Positions 1 through 9,804 of a stretch of 64,000 nt of DNA are shown piece by piece. The stretch is taken from the NCBI GenBank assembly GCA_048013815.1, contig CM106586.1, positions 1,240,001 to 1,304,000 of the forward strand. Reading direction: 5' to 3'. Each line of letters starts with the position of its first letter. Position 1 is the stretch's first letter. Made by a program: the position numbers and the translations under genes. The stretch is from Setoptus koraiensis (Eukaryota > Animalia > Arthropoda). The notes beneath the pieces were generated by a model, which worked only from the letters and a program-made list of their open reading frames with translations, did not search any database and was not told where the DNA came from.

Positions 1-695
1 TTGAGCCTCTCATAGAGTGATGCTTTGTCTATAAGATCTTGTAATAGATCACGGCACAATTTGTCACATTTTTCTTTGGTTAGTTGCGCTGATTCATGAT
101 TATAATCAATAAGATCCAAGTTCCAAAGATCAGTAGATGAAAATAAATCTATCATTCTGATGTAGATCATTGTGTCATTAACATTTAGCTGAGATTCTTT
201 TGAGATATTTTCGAGATAAATGCAGCATTGATGCAAAATCTTTTTCATGTTACCACACCATGCTGAAGTTTGTTGTTCATTTAATGCTATGGTGGCAAAG
301 TTTATATATTTGATGTTATTGGTATCGTCCAATTGATCAAGAGACTTCACGACAGCGGCGGTGTGTTCATTAAGCATTGAGTTAATCACATAGTTGCAAA
401 TAATATCAAATGATGGCTTGTCTCTGATCGGATTGAAATTAAACATAAGCTTCCGGGAGGCGCGATAAACATGTGGCAAGAGATTGGTATCGGTGGTTGC
501 TTTAAATGAGTCTATTGTTGTTGTGAGGTTTTGTCTCAAATGAATTCGTTGTTTATAAGATCTGTAGAAGGCCTGGATTTTAGTTACAGCGATCGCTTGT
601 TTACGTTTCATTTCTCTGTTCTGACGAGCCTCAAGAGCTTGCTTGAGGAAACTCTCACGCTCGTCGGCACTGTTTTTTGTGGATCCCGTAAACAT
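1..695 (-). CDS. UBE3B: HECT E3 ubiquitin-protein ligase E3B-like, 5' part (runs off the left edge of the window)
   Basis: Manual translation from ATG at 695: MFTGSTKNSADERESFLKQALEARQNREMKRKQAIAVTKIQAFYRSYKQR... It has an N-terminal IQ motif and resembles the UBE3B N-terminus (ASRKLMFNF, CGNMKKILHQCC). The frame is open to position 1 and was missed by the ORF track because the stop lies outside the window. Confidence 0.85.
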   Translation of the reverse strand, partial: MFTGSTKNSADERESFLKQALEARQNREMKRKQAIAVTKIQAFYRSYKQRIHLRQNLTTTIDSFKATTDTNLLPHVYRASRKLMFNFNPIRDKPSFDIICNYVINSMLNEHTAAVVKSLDQLDDTNNIKYINFATIALNEQQTSAWCGNMKKILHQCCIYLENISKESQLNVNDTMIYIRMIDLFSSTDLWNLDLIDYNHESAQLTKEKCDKLCRDLLQDLIDKASLYERL

Positions 696-1519
696 TGTGT
701 GGCGATATTATTGTCGAGAGCAACCAGGCTAGGAAAAGAATATCATGTTTAGCGTCAGTACGGTGTGTTAATATGGCCGACCAGAATATACCAGTAGGTA
801 ATAATATCTTAAGCGAATATGATGATGGTTAATAAATTAGACTGGAGGCATAGCCAGAGTGCCAACATTAAGCGTAAATTATGTATTGATAATTTTTACT
901 TTGTTGCTCTCGCCAACATGTTCAATTTTTTAGCATGTGGTTAAAATTTTGACTTGTCGTTGCGACATATATTGCGACGTGTGATAACAGTGTTAATGAT
1001 ATTGTATAGTTATCATCGGTCTCTTGGAATGAATCTGTGGCCCAACGTTTTGTATGTCCTTCGACTGGCTATCCACTGCCTGGCATGTTATTATTGATGA
1101 CGATGATTGATCGAATAAACAGGAGAGTGACATCAGCAGTGTTAAATGGATGGTGCTCACCAAATATAGATGTTTCTCTTTGTTTAAAGATAGCAATCAA
1201 GCTCTAATAATTGTTGACATCAGCAGATATTGCATATTTATTGATTATTTAATTACAATGATACAAAAACATGATGGCAACATTACACTGGATAATGTTG
1301 ACAATTCAGTTACGGAATTTCCGTAGCTTTTATTGTTGTTGTTGTTGTTATTGTTGTTGTCTACTATGTCGACACCGTCCGTCTGCTTGTGCGTCTACTT
1401 ATCTGGCCTTCACCCAATGCTTTACTGTGTTTGCGTGTGTGTACATAAGAAAGTATTTTTAGTACAGCATATTCCAAGAGTAGTGCAGAAGGAATTCTTC
1501 GTCTCTGTTCACTTGATAC

Positions 1520-2050
1520 AAACAACATGTGACATTGTGCAAAAAATCAGAGACCGCAGTGCTGACATTCGATTAATCACTGACAAAAGGCCCAGGTAAA
1601 TTGACCATCACATTCAATGGAACACTTAACGATAGAATGAAAGGATTCTGCCGAAGTAGATATGTAGCTGGAAATGGTCAATACAGATACACGGCAGTAA
1701 CTCACTTTTACTTTTGCAAGCTGCTGGTGACAAACCGATTTTTGAGGTTATGGCTCAATGGACTAAACAGAAAGGATTTCCATGATTGGCAGTGAGCTGC
1801 AAAGCTGAGGGAAAATCTGTCACTCTAACTGTCACTCAGAAAAAAATTGCATCAAATAGAGAATTAGCAACAGATGAAGTCGATATACACGAAATACCCG
1901 CTCAGTGTTGACCTACCTCTAATGAAGTTGAAATCTTTAGAGGTCGTCCATGAGCTAAATATAAATTATGACTCGACAGTCGAGTTGAATCAGGCCGAGA
2001 TGGGGTACATTTGCATTCAATGTATATTAGCTTTTTCCGAAGTTGTCACT
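1520..2050 (+). pseudogene. Degraded M1 aminopeptidase (puromycin-sensitive aminopeptidase-like) fragment
   Basis: SETAVLTFD*SLTKGPGKLTITFNGTLNDRMKGFCRSRYVAGNGQYRYTAVTHF matches the PSA N-domain. It is directly followed in another frame by AAGDKPIFEVMAQWTKQKGFP*LAV, matching PSA ASGKPIAAVMNTWTKQMGFP. There are in-frame stops, frameshifts and no GAMEN/HEXXH. Confidence 0.75.
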
Positions 2051-2266
2051 GTGTGTTTCTCCCCGAAAGACTCTCAAAGCACACCAGCCTAACCTTGATG
2101 ACTTGTCATGACAGTAAAGGATTACTGTCGAAAATTTACATTGTGCGTCTCAATATTGTTACAGAATTAAATTGGTTACATTACCATTTAACATGAGATT
2201 CTTTGTATACATAAGGTTTTGATTGGAATTTATCTCAATTTGTATAGTATAACAAGTGATAAGTTT

Positions 2267-3124
2267 TCATTTTATCATTTGGAACTTGTAATCTACGGTC
2301 CATAAGATCGGCCGATCTGTCTCTACCGTTATTCTAGTTTCATGATCACAACATTTATTGGCTGTACTTACCAGGCCTCCGAACTGAAGTATGGCCTTAT
2401 TCATATTCCAAACTAATCCATGAGTAGTAACTTTAGTAGGACCTTCAAACGGGACAAGGGAGCAAGTTTCATTACCAGCAGGCTTGAATATCACATTTTT
2501 ACCAGGCAGCAGAAGCCAATGGATTGAGCCACCTATATCAACTAATATAACAACCATTTTACTTTTGTGTAATGTGTTCACGATGCCAAATAGGTGATCT
2601 ACACGAGATCCATCGTTTTTGAATAAGGCCACACAAGTGTTCAGATCTGGCCGATAATCAATCGCTAAGTTTAGTGCTTTGGTAAAATCTGTTTCGTTCT
2701 GATTTGGAGTTTCTATTACAGTGGTCTTATTGTTTGTCAATTGCATCAAGAGTTTGGCGTCAATTGAATCAAAGTCACCACACAATAAATCTATTGTCTT
2801 TTCCATGCCCAAATCGCTCAAGCAATTAGCTCCACCATCCACCGCTATCCTATAATCTGATTTATTCCAAATGTAATCGATGGATTTAAGCTCTTTATAG
2901 TATCTATGTTTCATGTTCAATACGCAACAAACATACTTTGGAAATTGTCTACCATCGTGATTCGAGAGCAGTGATAAAGGACGCCAAATGTGTTCGGCAG
3001 ACCCATTGGCTTCAAACAGTTGTGGTGTTGTATTGGTGCCAAATGAGGAACGTAGCCTTGTCAATATCCTATAGCATTGGTAACCGTTCAGCTGTGAAAA
3101 GATGGCTTGATTAATGATACTCAT
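2267..3124 (-). CDS. TPK1: Thiamine pyrophosphokinase 1 (intronless, 285 aa)
   Basis: Motifs RIAVDGGAN, LLCGDFDSI, TPNQNETDFTKAL, GSRVDHLFG, CSLVP, VTTHGLVWNM and FGGLVSTAN are characteristic of TPK. Confidence 0.93.
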   Translation of the reverse strand: MSIINQAIFSQLNGYQCYRILTRLRSSFGTNTTPQLFEANGSAEHIWRPLSLLSNHDGRQFPKYVCCVLNMKHRYYKELKSIDYIWNKSDYRIAVDGGANCLSDLGMEKTIDLLCGDFDSIDAKLLMQLTNNKTTVIETPNQNETDFTKALNLAIDYRPDLNTCVALFKNDGSRVDHLFGIVNTLHKSKMVVILVDIGGSIHWLLLPGKNVIFKPAGNETCSLVPFEGPTKVTTHGLVWNMNKAILQFGGLVSTANKCCDHETRITVETDRPILWTVDYKFQMIK

Positions 3125-3788
3125 GGTGAGTAATAAATTATTCTAGCTTGAGTGAAGGTTTTTTTTATTTTCAAGACATGGCCAGTTATCTCTGCAGTGT
3201 AGAGTTTTTATTTATCCATTGTAACTGTCAACTTTTGTGTTGCGCCAAATTCGAAACGTAATCTTAATAATATTCTAATAGTATTACAACTTGGGGCCTC
3301 GAACATAACTGTAGAAGTTTTGTTTAGATTGTTGGTGCAAGCAACTCACTTACGGTGCAATGCAGTTGAAGGATTCACGGCAAACAGGTGCGACAACGGA
3401 CAGGACAAAACAAGTCGCAAATTCCATGTTGAATGTCGATTGGATCAGTGTTGGTACTTTCGAGAAGAGAGAAAAAAAGCACAGATGAGACGACATGAAA
3501 CACCAAAACAAACAATATGTGCACGGAGCGGCTGTAAGTTACACCTTGTAACAGGTTTCAGAATCTAGCAATCTACATCATGTCGCAATAAACCATTTGA
3601 CAATGATGTGAGAGATACACCAACCTTAATCGATCTCATATCAACATAATACTCATACAAGAATGAACTGATTCTTAAATTTATTTTAATAAATTTATCA
3701 ATTTTTAATTTCTTTTGTCCATTATTAAACCAACATAGATTCATCAATAATATTATTAAAATAACTAAGAACAACTGTCTTAGAGAAC

Positions 3789-4880
3789 ATGAGTTCCTTG
3801 TTTACTTACGATAATTTCGTCCATGCTTTCGCAGGTTCTGTGGTGAGTATCATGAAATTCATTCAACCAACGTCGAATAACTTGATTAGAATTGATTCTA
3901 ACCGCTAATCTCATCGCACCCGTCACATATCTCTCACCAGGCAAGTGGTACGGCCATGTCCTTGTTCTACCCATTAGATACTGTTAGATCGAGACTGCAA
4001 GTAGAGGACAATAGGGAATCGCGGAATACATTGGCTATGATAAAAGAGCTCATCAAGGAGGAAGGCTTGTGAGTCATGTATTTTATTAAATGTCACACTG
4101 TCTAAAATATTGTTGCGACATAACACTAATTCCGTTCTCATCCGAATATCATGCATCTGTTTCATCAACAGTGGATCACTATACCGAGGACTTAATCCCG
4201 TTTTGTATTCATTATTCTGCTCTGGTTTCGTCTACTTTTATACCTTTCACGGCATACGTCGTGTAACAGGTGAAAAGACAGCCATCAAAGATCTGGCCAT
4301 TGGAGCTTTAGCAGGTTCCATCAATGTTCTAACGACAACACCATTATGGGTTGTTAACATGAGAATCAAGATGCAAGGAGCAAAAGTGAGAAAAGGAGAT
4401 GAAAATTTGATCTTCGATACTCAATACAACGGTCTATTAGATGGACTGTTTAAAATTGGAACTTCAGAGGGTCCACAGGCTTTATGGAGTGGAACAAAGG
4501 CCAGTCTAGTGCTGGTGTCCAATCCTGCAATACAATTTATGATTTTTGAATCGCTCAAGAGATATCTGAAAGAAATAACCAAACGTACAGAGATATCTCC
4601 GTATCAAGTATTCGTTCTGGGGGCTATAAGCAAAACAATCAGCACATTAATAAGTTACCCACTGCAAATAGTTCAGTCAAAGAAGCGTTACGGCTCACAA
4701 GATGTAAAAAATAAGCCCATTCTAAGTATTCTATCGGATATAATCCAGAGAGAAGGAAAATCGGGTCTATACAGAGGCCTTGAGGCTAAGTTGCTGCAAA
4801 CAGTCTGTACAACTGCAATGATGTTTGTTTTCTATGAAAGAATCTACAGTGCTGTGACAAGGGCCAGCAAAGCTATTTAG
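3789..4880 (+). CDS. SLC25A17: Peroxisomal membrane carrier PMP34 (SLC25 family), 3 exons, ~296 aa
   Basis: Exons 3789-3842, 3941-4068 and 4172-4880 with GT-AG introns join in frame. The sequence MSSLFTYDNFVHAFAGSV/ASGTAMSLFYPLDTVRSRLQV...TTPLWVVNMRIKMQGAK...SYPLQIVQS contains three carrier signature motifs and closely matches PMP34. Confidence 0.92.
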
Positions 4881-4970
4881 TCATAACTCATGAAAAAGAT
4901 TCAAAACAAAGGTGGTGTAAATTTTCAATGACGCATAAACACTAAATCGGCTTTTACATTATAGAACAGA

Positions 4971-6347
4971 TTAGGCTGATAGCATACATATAATGTCATC
5001 GAGGAGGCCATTTATCTGTAGTGACTCCTCAGAGTATGTTACCTTGTCCTCATTCAATCTGTGCAGTTCAATCTTGCGGGAATTCATAAACTCGCGACTA
5101 ATGACTATTATATTAGGAATACCTAATGATTTTATGTCCGTTAGTCGTCGACCAATCGACAACAAACTTCTATCATCCAACATGACATCTGTACCCTCAA
5201 TTCCAACCATTGATTTCACCGAATCTTTAATGAAACTCATAACTTCTGGTGTATCACTAGTGCTGCCTTCTTTAGGTGAAATAACACAAACTTTAAAGGG
5301 AGCAAGTGTGTTTGGCCATCTAATTTGAAAGTGCCCTCCATCGTTAGCCCTGACAGATAATGTCTCGACGGAAGCGGCTAGTATTCTTGTTAAACCTAGA
5401 CCAAAACATCCCATCTGTAGAGGTAGGGGCGTTCCTTGTTTTGTAAAGAACATGGCCTCCATGGGCTTAGAGTAAGTTGTAGAAAGTAAAAAAGTATGCC
5501 CTACCTCTACGCCCTTGCATGAGATGAGATTAGCACCTCTACATCTATCACACATGTTTCCTGAAGCTTCCTCCTCCGACAGATACTCTTGATTCCAGGC
5601 TACTTTGCAGTCGTTACAGACAAGTATAGTATCCTCTCCTGAGGGAGCAAGTAATTGATATTCATGAGAAAATATGCCTCCGATATTGCCCACACTACTA
5701 ATTGTCTTTGTGTATTTAAGACCGAGGGTATTTAATATCCTAGCGTAAGCGTCGCCAACTTTCTCATATGTACACTTCGCTTGGTCAACAGATTCATCAA
5801 ACGTATACAGATCCTTCATGATAAATTCAGTGGTTCTCATTAAACCATGCTTAGCTCTTGGTTCATCTCTGAATTTAGATGCAATCTGATATAGCATCAA
5901 GGGCAGTCTATTATGAGAAATTTTGAAGTCTGAGACTAATTTAGTGACTCCTTCCTCGTGAGTGGGTCCCAGTAAGTACTCCTTCTTTCTCCTATCGATG
6001 AGCGCATATATATCCCTCATGGCTTCATTTTGATCCAATCTACCGGACTTTCTCCAGAGGGATTTGCTGACGAGACAAGGCATGAGAATCTCTTGAGCTC
6101 CTATATAGTTCATTTCTTCCTCAATTAGTGCCCGCAGTTTTTTCAGTGACCTATTGAGTAAGGGCAATATGGCATAAGAACCATGATTGGCATGATGAAT
6201 GAGCCCATGATGAATCAGGAGAGCCTGGCTGACTGAATCATACTTGAGATCGCCTCTCTTGGCTGTGTTTAGAACTGGAAATAAATCACTGGCGAGTTTG
6301 ATTTTATATAGTAGATTTTTAGGCAGACTTATAATCTTTGAGGACAT
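4971..6347 (-). CDS. PARS2: Probable mitochondrial proline--tRNA ligase (intronless, ~458 aa)
   Basis: Class II ProRS motifs LLGPTHEE, LYQIASKFRDEPRAKHGLMRTTEFIMKDLYTFD, GVEVGHTFLL and MGCFGLGLTRILAA, plus an anticodon-binding domain. The first ATG is at 6347; the track starts at a TTG. Confidence 0.93.
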   Translation of the reverse strand: MSSKIISLPKNLLYKIKLASDLFPVLNTAKRGDLKYDSVSQALLIHHGLIHHANHGSYAILPLLNRSLKKLRALIEEEMNYIGAQEILMPCLVSKSLWRKSGRLDQNEAMRDIYALIDRRKKEYLLGPTHEEGVTKLVSDFKISHNRLPLMLYQIASKFRDEPRAKHGLMRTTEFIMKDLYTFDESVDQAKCTYEKVGDAYARILNTLGLKYTKTISSVGNIGGIFSHEYQLLAPSGEDTILVCNDCKVAWNQEYLSEEEASGNMCDRCRGANLISCKGVEVGHTFLLSTTYSKPMEAMFFTKQGTPLPLQMGCFGLGLTRILAASVETLSVRANDGGHFQIRWPNTLAPFKVCVISPKEGSTSDTPEVMSFIKDSVKSMVGIEGTDVMLDDRSLLSIGRRLTDIKSLGIPNIIVISREFMNSRKIELHRLNEDKVTYSEESLQINGLLDDIICMLSA

Positions 6348-6555
6348 CGTCAAGAGTTACAAGATAAGGACTTATATCAATAGCATTCAAATTCTAAATG
6401 GGTTAATAGACCGGTAGATTCAAAGAAATTGAGCAAACAAACGGTCGCCGCGTAAACATGATAAAATACAAGCACAGTAAACTCATGTGATAAACATATG
6501 ATTTATTTCCCATTTATTATTTTTTTATAACCAAAACAAAAACATTACTAGTTTA

Positions 6556-8196
6556 CTAATATAGGATTTTAGATGCAATCTCTAGACTTAGAGTGTGAAA
6601 ATCAGTTGTTTGACATTTGTTTTGACGAGCTTTGGATATCATTTCATCTAGTGTTGCTGTTTTAAACCAATCAATGAGCCTAACTTTTCTTTCTTCTTTC
6701 GATTCGTCAGGCTCATCAAGAACTTTTTTCAATGCCTCGAATGTCAGCGTTTCCTCTTCAGGAAATTTTCTCACGACATCAGGTGAAGAGGCTGTACTGT
6801 CCACGTCCACACTGATGGAATTGATATCACTCCTTGATGCAGAAGAGTCTTGTCTAGGTTTGAAGCGAGTTTCATGAGCTGAACCGCGGAGATCTTGCAG
6901 GATCTGTTGGAGTTTAACACCTATGACTGAATCCTGTTTGACACTGGGAGCACGACTCTTAATGAAGAATAGTATCTCTGTCTTCTGGTAATCAGGTAAA
7001 TTACTGGAAAATTCTCTCAATGTATCTATCAAAGCTTCTTGAAATAGTATCTCCTTTTTACCATGATTGTTTATTGAAGTGCGTAGATGCTCTAATAAAG
7101 AGTTGATGATCTCTAAAACAGATGGACCGATAGATTCGGCGGCGGCTATTGCAATAATACTTGATAAGACTCTGACCATGCCAATTTTGATCTGTTGGTC
7201 TTGAGTGTTACCTTCTAAACGGATAGAATCATCTAGATGATTCATTAAAATTTGAACTACTGTGTACGAATGCTGGGTCTGAATGGAGAGCATTATAATT
7301 TTAAAAATTTTGACTGAGAATTGATCATCGGGATTGCCACTTACAAGCAGCCATAGATTGTGCCCGTCGATGTGCTTTAATACCGGCTTTATGACAGATT
7401 TTATATGACCAAAAGTGGCTCTCCTAATGAGCTCCTTCAAGCAGTCCTCAGCTATCATTGCGGGTGCTGATGTGTCACCAAAGGTTGGAGTAATGAGAGG
7501 AGTTTCAGCTATCATTGAAGCTATATTGCGATGAGTATCGGTTGACTCAGTGACTGGTTTAATATCTTGAGATTGCATATTGTACAATAGAGATGGTACA
7601 ATTTTGTCCATGTGAATTTCATCCCAAATATTAGCCTGGAGATCGTCGCTGACTGTCTTACGAATGACTCCCTTCAGTCCATTTAAGCCGGCCATGCGTA
7701 GTTGACGTCTTTTGTCCATATTAGTGTCACTACTGTGTGACATGGATGCAAATTTTGATACAAAGAAATCATATCTCCTATGATAAGACGGTGTATCCTC
7801 TTCAATGCTAGCAAATTTGACAAATGATTGGGTCGCTAATAGTTGCATATTGATATTATTGCTCTCCACTAATTGTTGAACTACACGTAAGAAACTTTCG
7901 ACAAATAAATTCAACGATTGAGCATTACTAGTGGATAGTAGACGATCCATGGCCTCCACACCAATCGCAACAAATACAGTCCTGTTACGAGCCAAATCCC
8001 TGGCTATTCTCTGCGCTAGATAGTCGCCGATTCTGTCTAATTTCTCTGGCTGAGAACGAGCATAAAAAGTTAACTTTTCCAAGTTGCTTTTATCATAACT
8101 ATCCTGGGGCACCGCTGGATAGATGTTATTGATGAGTCTTTTGTAGCGAGGCCTGATGGGCGCACAACAGCCACACGAACACTCCATCATGGGCAT
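6556..8196 (-). CDS. EFR3: EFR3 homolog (PI4KIIIalpha plasma-membrane adaptor), intronless, shortened to 546 aa
   Basis: N-terminal Cys cluster CSCGCC followed by RPRYKRLINNIYP, LEKLTFYARSQPEKLDRIGDYL, EEDTPSYHRRYDFFVSKF and LQANIW, plus the C-terminal TLTFEALKK segment. Confidence 0.92.
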   Translation of the reverse strand: MPMMECSCGCCAPIRPRYKRLINNIYPAVPQDSYDKSNLEKLTFYARSQPEKLDRIGDYLAQRIARDLARNRTVFVAIGVEAMDRLLSTSNAQSLNLFVESFLRVVQQLVESNNINMQLLATQSFVKFASIEEDTPSYHRRYDFFVSKFASMSHSSDTNMDKRRQLRMAGLNGLKGVIRKTVSDDLQANIWDEIHMDKIVPSLLYNMQSQDIKPVTESTDTHRNIASMIAETPLITPTFGDTSAPAMIAEDCLKELIRRATFGHIKSVIKPVLKHIDGHNLWLLVSGNPDDQFSVKIFKIIMLSIQTQHSYTVVQILMNHLDDSIRLEGNTQDQQIKIGMVRVLSSIIAIAAAESIGPSVLEIINSLLEHLRTSINNHGKKEILFQEALIDTLREFSSNLPDYQKTEILFFIKSRAPSVKQDSVIGVKLQQILQDLRGSAHETRFKPRQDSSASRSDINSISVDVDSTASSPDVVRKFPEEETLTFEALKKVLDEPDESKEERKVRLIDWFKTATLDEMISKARQNKCQTTDFHTLSLEIASKILY

Positions 8197-9312
8197 TGCA
8201 TGTATGAGAGAACAACAATTTATACAAGTAATACAATAAATAATAATAATAAAATAAAATAATAATAATAAGATTAGATTGTTTTACTCATGAGGATCAC
8301 TGATGGAACGGGCAATAAAAAATAAACAAGAATGTCTGGCCGTTTGTTGCCACAACATTTGTGATGCCCGACCTTGCGCATACGCGTCGTATCACGCCTA
8401 TTCCGCAAGCGGTATTCACACACGACAAGTTGTATTTATAACGTGACAGAGAATTCATTGGACAACAACAAGAGTTCACAACTGTACAAGGGTCTTTTAC
8501 AGTTGTAGTAGAATAAGCCAAAGGGCAAAACAATTCCCAGTTATTCCCCATTATTTAGGCACAAGCCGAATCGCAGAGTTTTTAATGTACCAACGTATTA
8601 ATGGCACTGGGTGTGGGCACTATCTCATTGTGGGAGTAGCAACTAACTAGCCTTAGATTGAAATACACTCTCTACAACTGATTGTGTTTATAGCCAAAGT
8701 ATACAACAACAAAAAACATTGATCACATTAACCAGAAATGATTTTCCTGATGGATAAGTATCCTATGGCCATGGCCATCCCCTTCTCATTTTGTGAGTCA
8801 CCACCTAACTAGGCCACCTTATGAACTATCCGCATCATCAACTAGGTCTGCCCATCCAACCCGATACCCAACACGAGGCATCCGGTCACTCTGTGTGAGC
8901 GCGTCCCGACATAAAACACCATTTATGCCATTTTGAATCTGCCTTCAAAATCATCTGGGTGCGCAGAAACTAAAAAGTGCACAAGTCGTCGTTTCAGTGC
9001 GCGAATGCTTTCACTTTCTAGCAATTCACAGCATTTGTGCATAGTGTATTCTCGTGCACCGGCGCACATGTGCTGAGGAAGTTGAACAGACCTAACGGTG
9101 GTCTTTCGTCTGCTGGCACTCACTGCTGTGCATGGGAAAACACATGTTATTTATCCTCGTCCTTTGTGAGGCTCAACCTTATTTATGACAGCAACAATAA
9201 TATGTTATGCAATAATGCAATTCGCAATTAACTTACAAGCAAATGAGGTTTACCTTGTTAGCGCCCACTTTTTTGCAAAATAGACCAACTATTTTTGTTG
9301 TTACCAGCCATC

Positions 9313-9804
9313 ATGTTTCATCTAGTCGAACACGATTATGCGCTCTCCGATGCTGCCCGGAAGAGGCCCAGGACTAGTGAGGCAGAGAGAGTCAAGATCA
9401 TCAAGTTGCACAACCAGGGCTACTCTTTGGGTACCATCTCTTGGATGACAGAGCGTAGCAAGTCTGGCATAAGTAGAATAATCAATGTTTGGACTAAAGA
9501 GAACAGAATCAGCTTGAATGCCAGTCCAGGTAGATTAGTCAAGTTCGATTGTGAAAACGATGTTAGAGAATATTTTAGCGAGTTTCCTTTTGCCTCTGTT
9601 CAGGACTGCATTCGCGATCTCAAATTAAAATGTTCGGAAGCCACTGTGATGAAGATTTGCAAGAGGATCAAAGTGAAAACACGTCGATCGAGCAACAGAA
9701 ATGAGTCTGCAATAACCAATAACAACAAGGCTACAACACTAGAGAAGAAACAACAATGTGAGAGTGAGCAGAGTTCGAATAGAAAGAGCATCCATGCTTC
9801 ATAA
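9313..9804 (+). CDS. Tc1/mariner-transposase-derived bipartite HTH protein without DDE catalytic domain (163 aa)
   Basis: ERVKIIKLHNQGYSLGTISWMTERSKSGISRII...SPGRLVK...FPFASVQDCIRDLKLKCSEATVMKIC resembles the paired-like plus Tc3-type HTH of Tc1 transposases. The ORF ends without a DD34E domain, and no TIRs were seen. Confidence 0.65.
   Translation: MFHLVEHDYALSDAARKRPRTSEAERVKIIKLHNQGYSLGTISWMTERSKSGISRIINVWTKENRISLNASPGRLVKFDCENDVREYFSEFPFASVQDCIRDLKLKCSEATVMKICKRIKVKTRRSSNRNESAITNNNKATTLEKKQQCESEQSSNRKSIHAS

Noticed and set aside
531-752. 73-aa + strand ORF
   Set aside because: Antisense shadow of the UBE3B coding region.
993-1196. 67-aa - strand ORF with a hydrophobic stretch
   Set aside because: No ATG start (TTG), no recognisable motif, and no splice partner found.
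3320-3568. ORF with Cys/His spacing vaguely like a piggyBac C-terminal Cys-rich domain
   Set aside because: Cys pattern incomplete, no transposase body or TTAA-flanked TIRs; lies in the TPK1/SLC25A17 promoter interval.
8923-9123. Short ORF containing an HPD motif (LVHFLVSAHPDDFEG), reminiscent of J-domain/DUF4460 proteins
   Set aside because: Only a tripeptide-level match, GTG start, 66 aa, and no flanking exons found.
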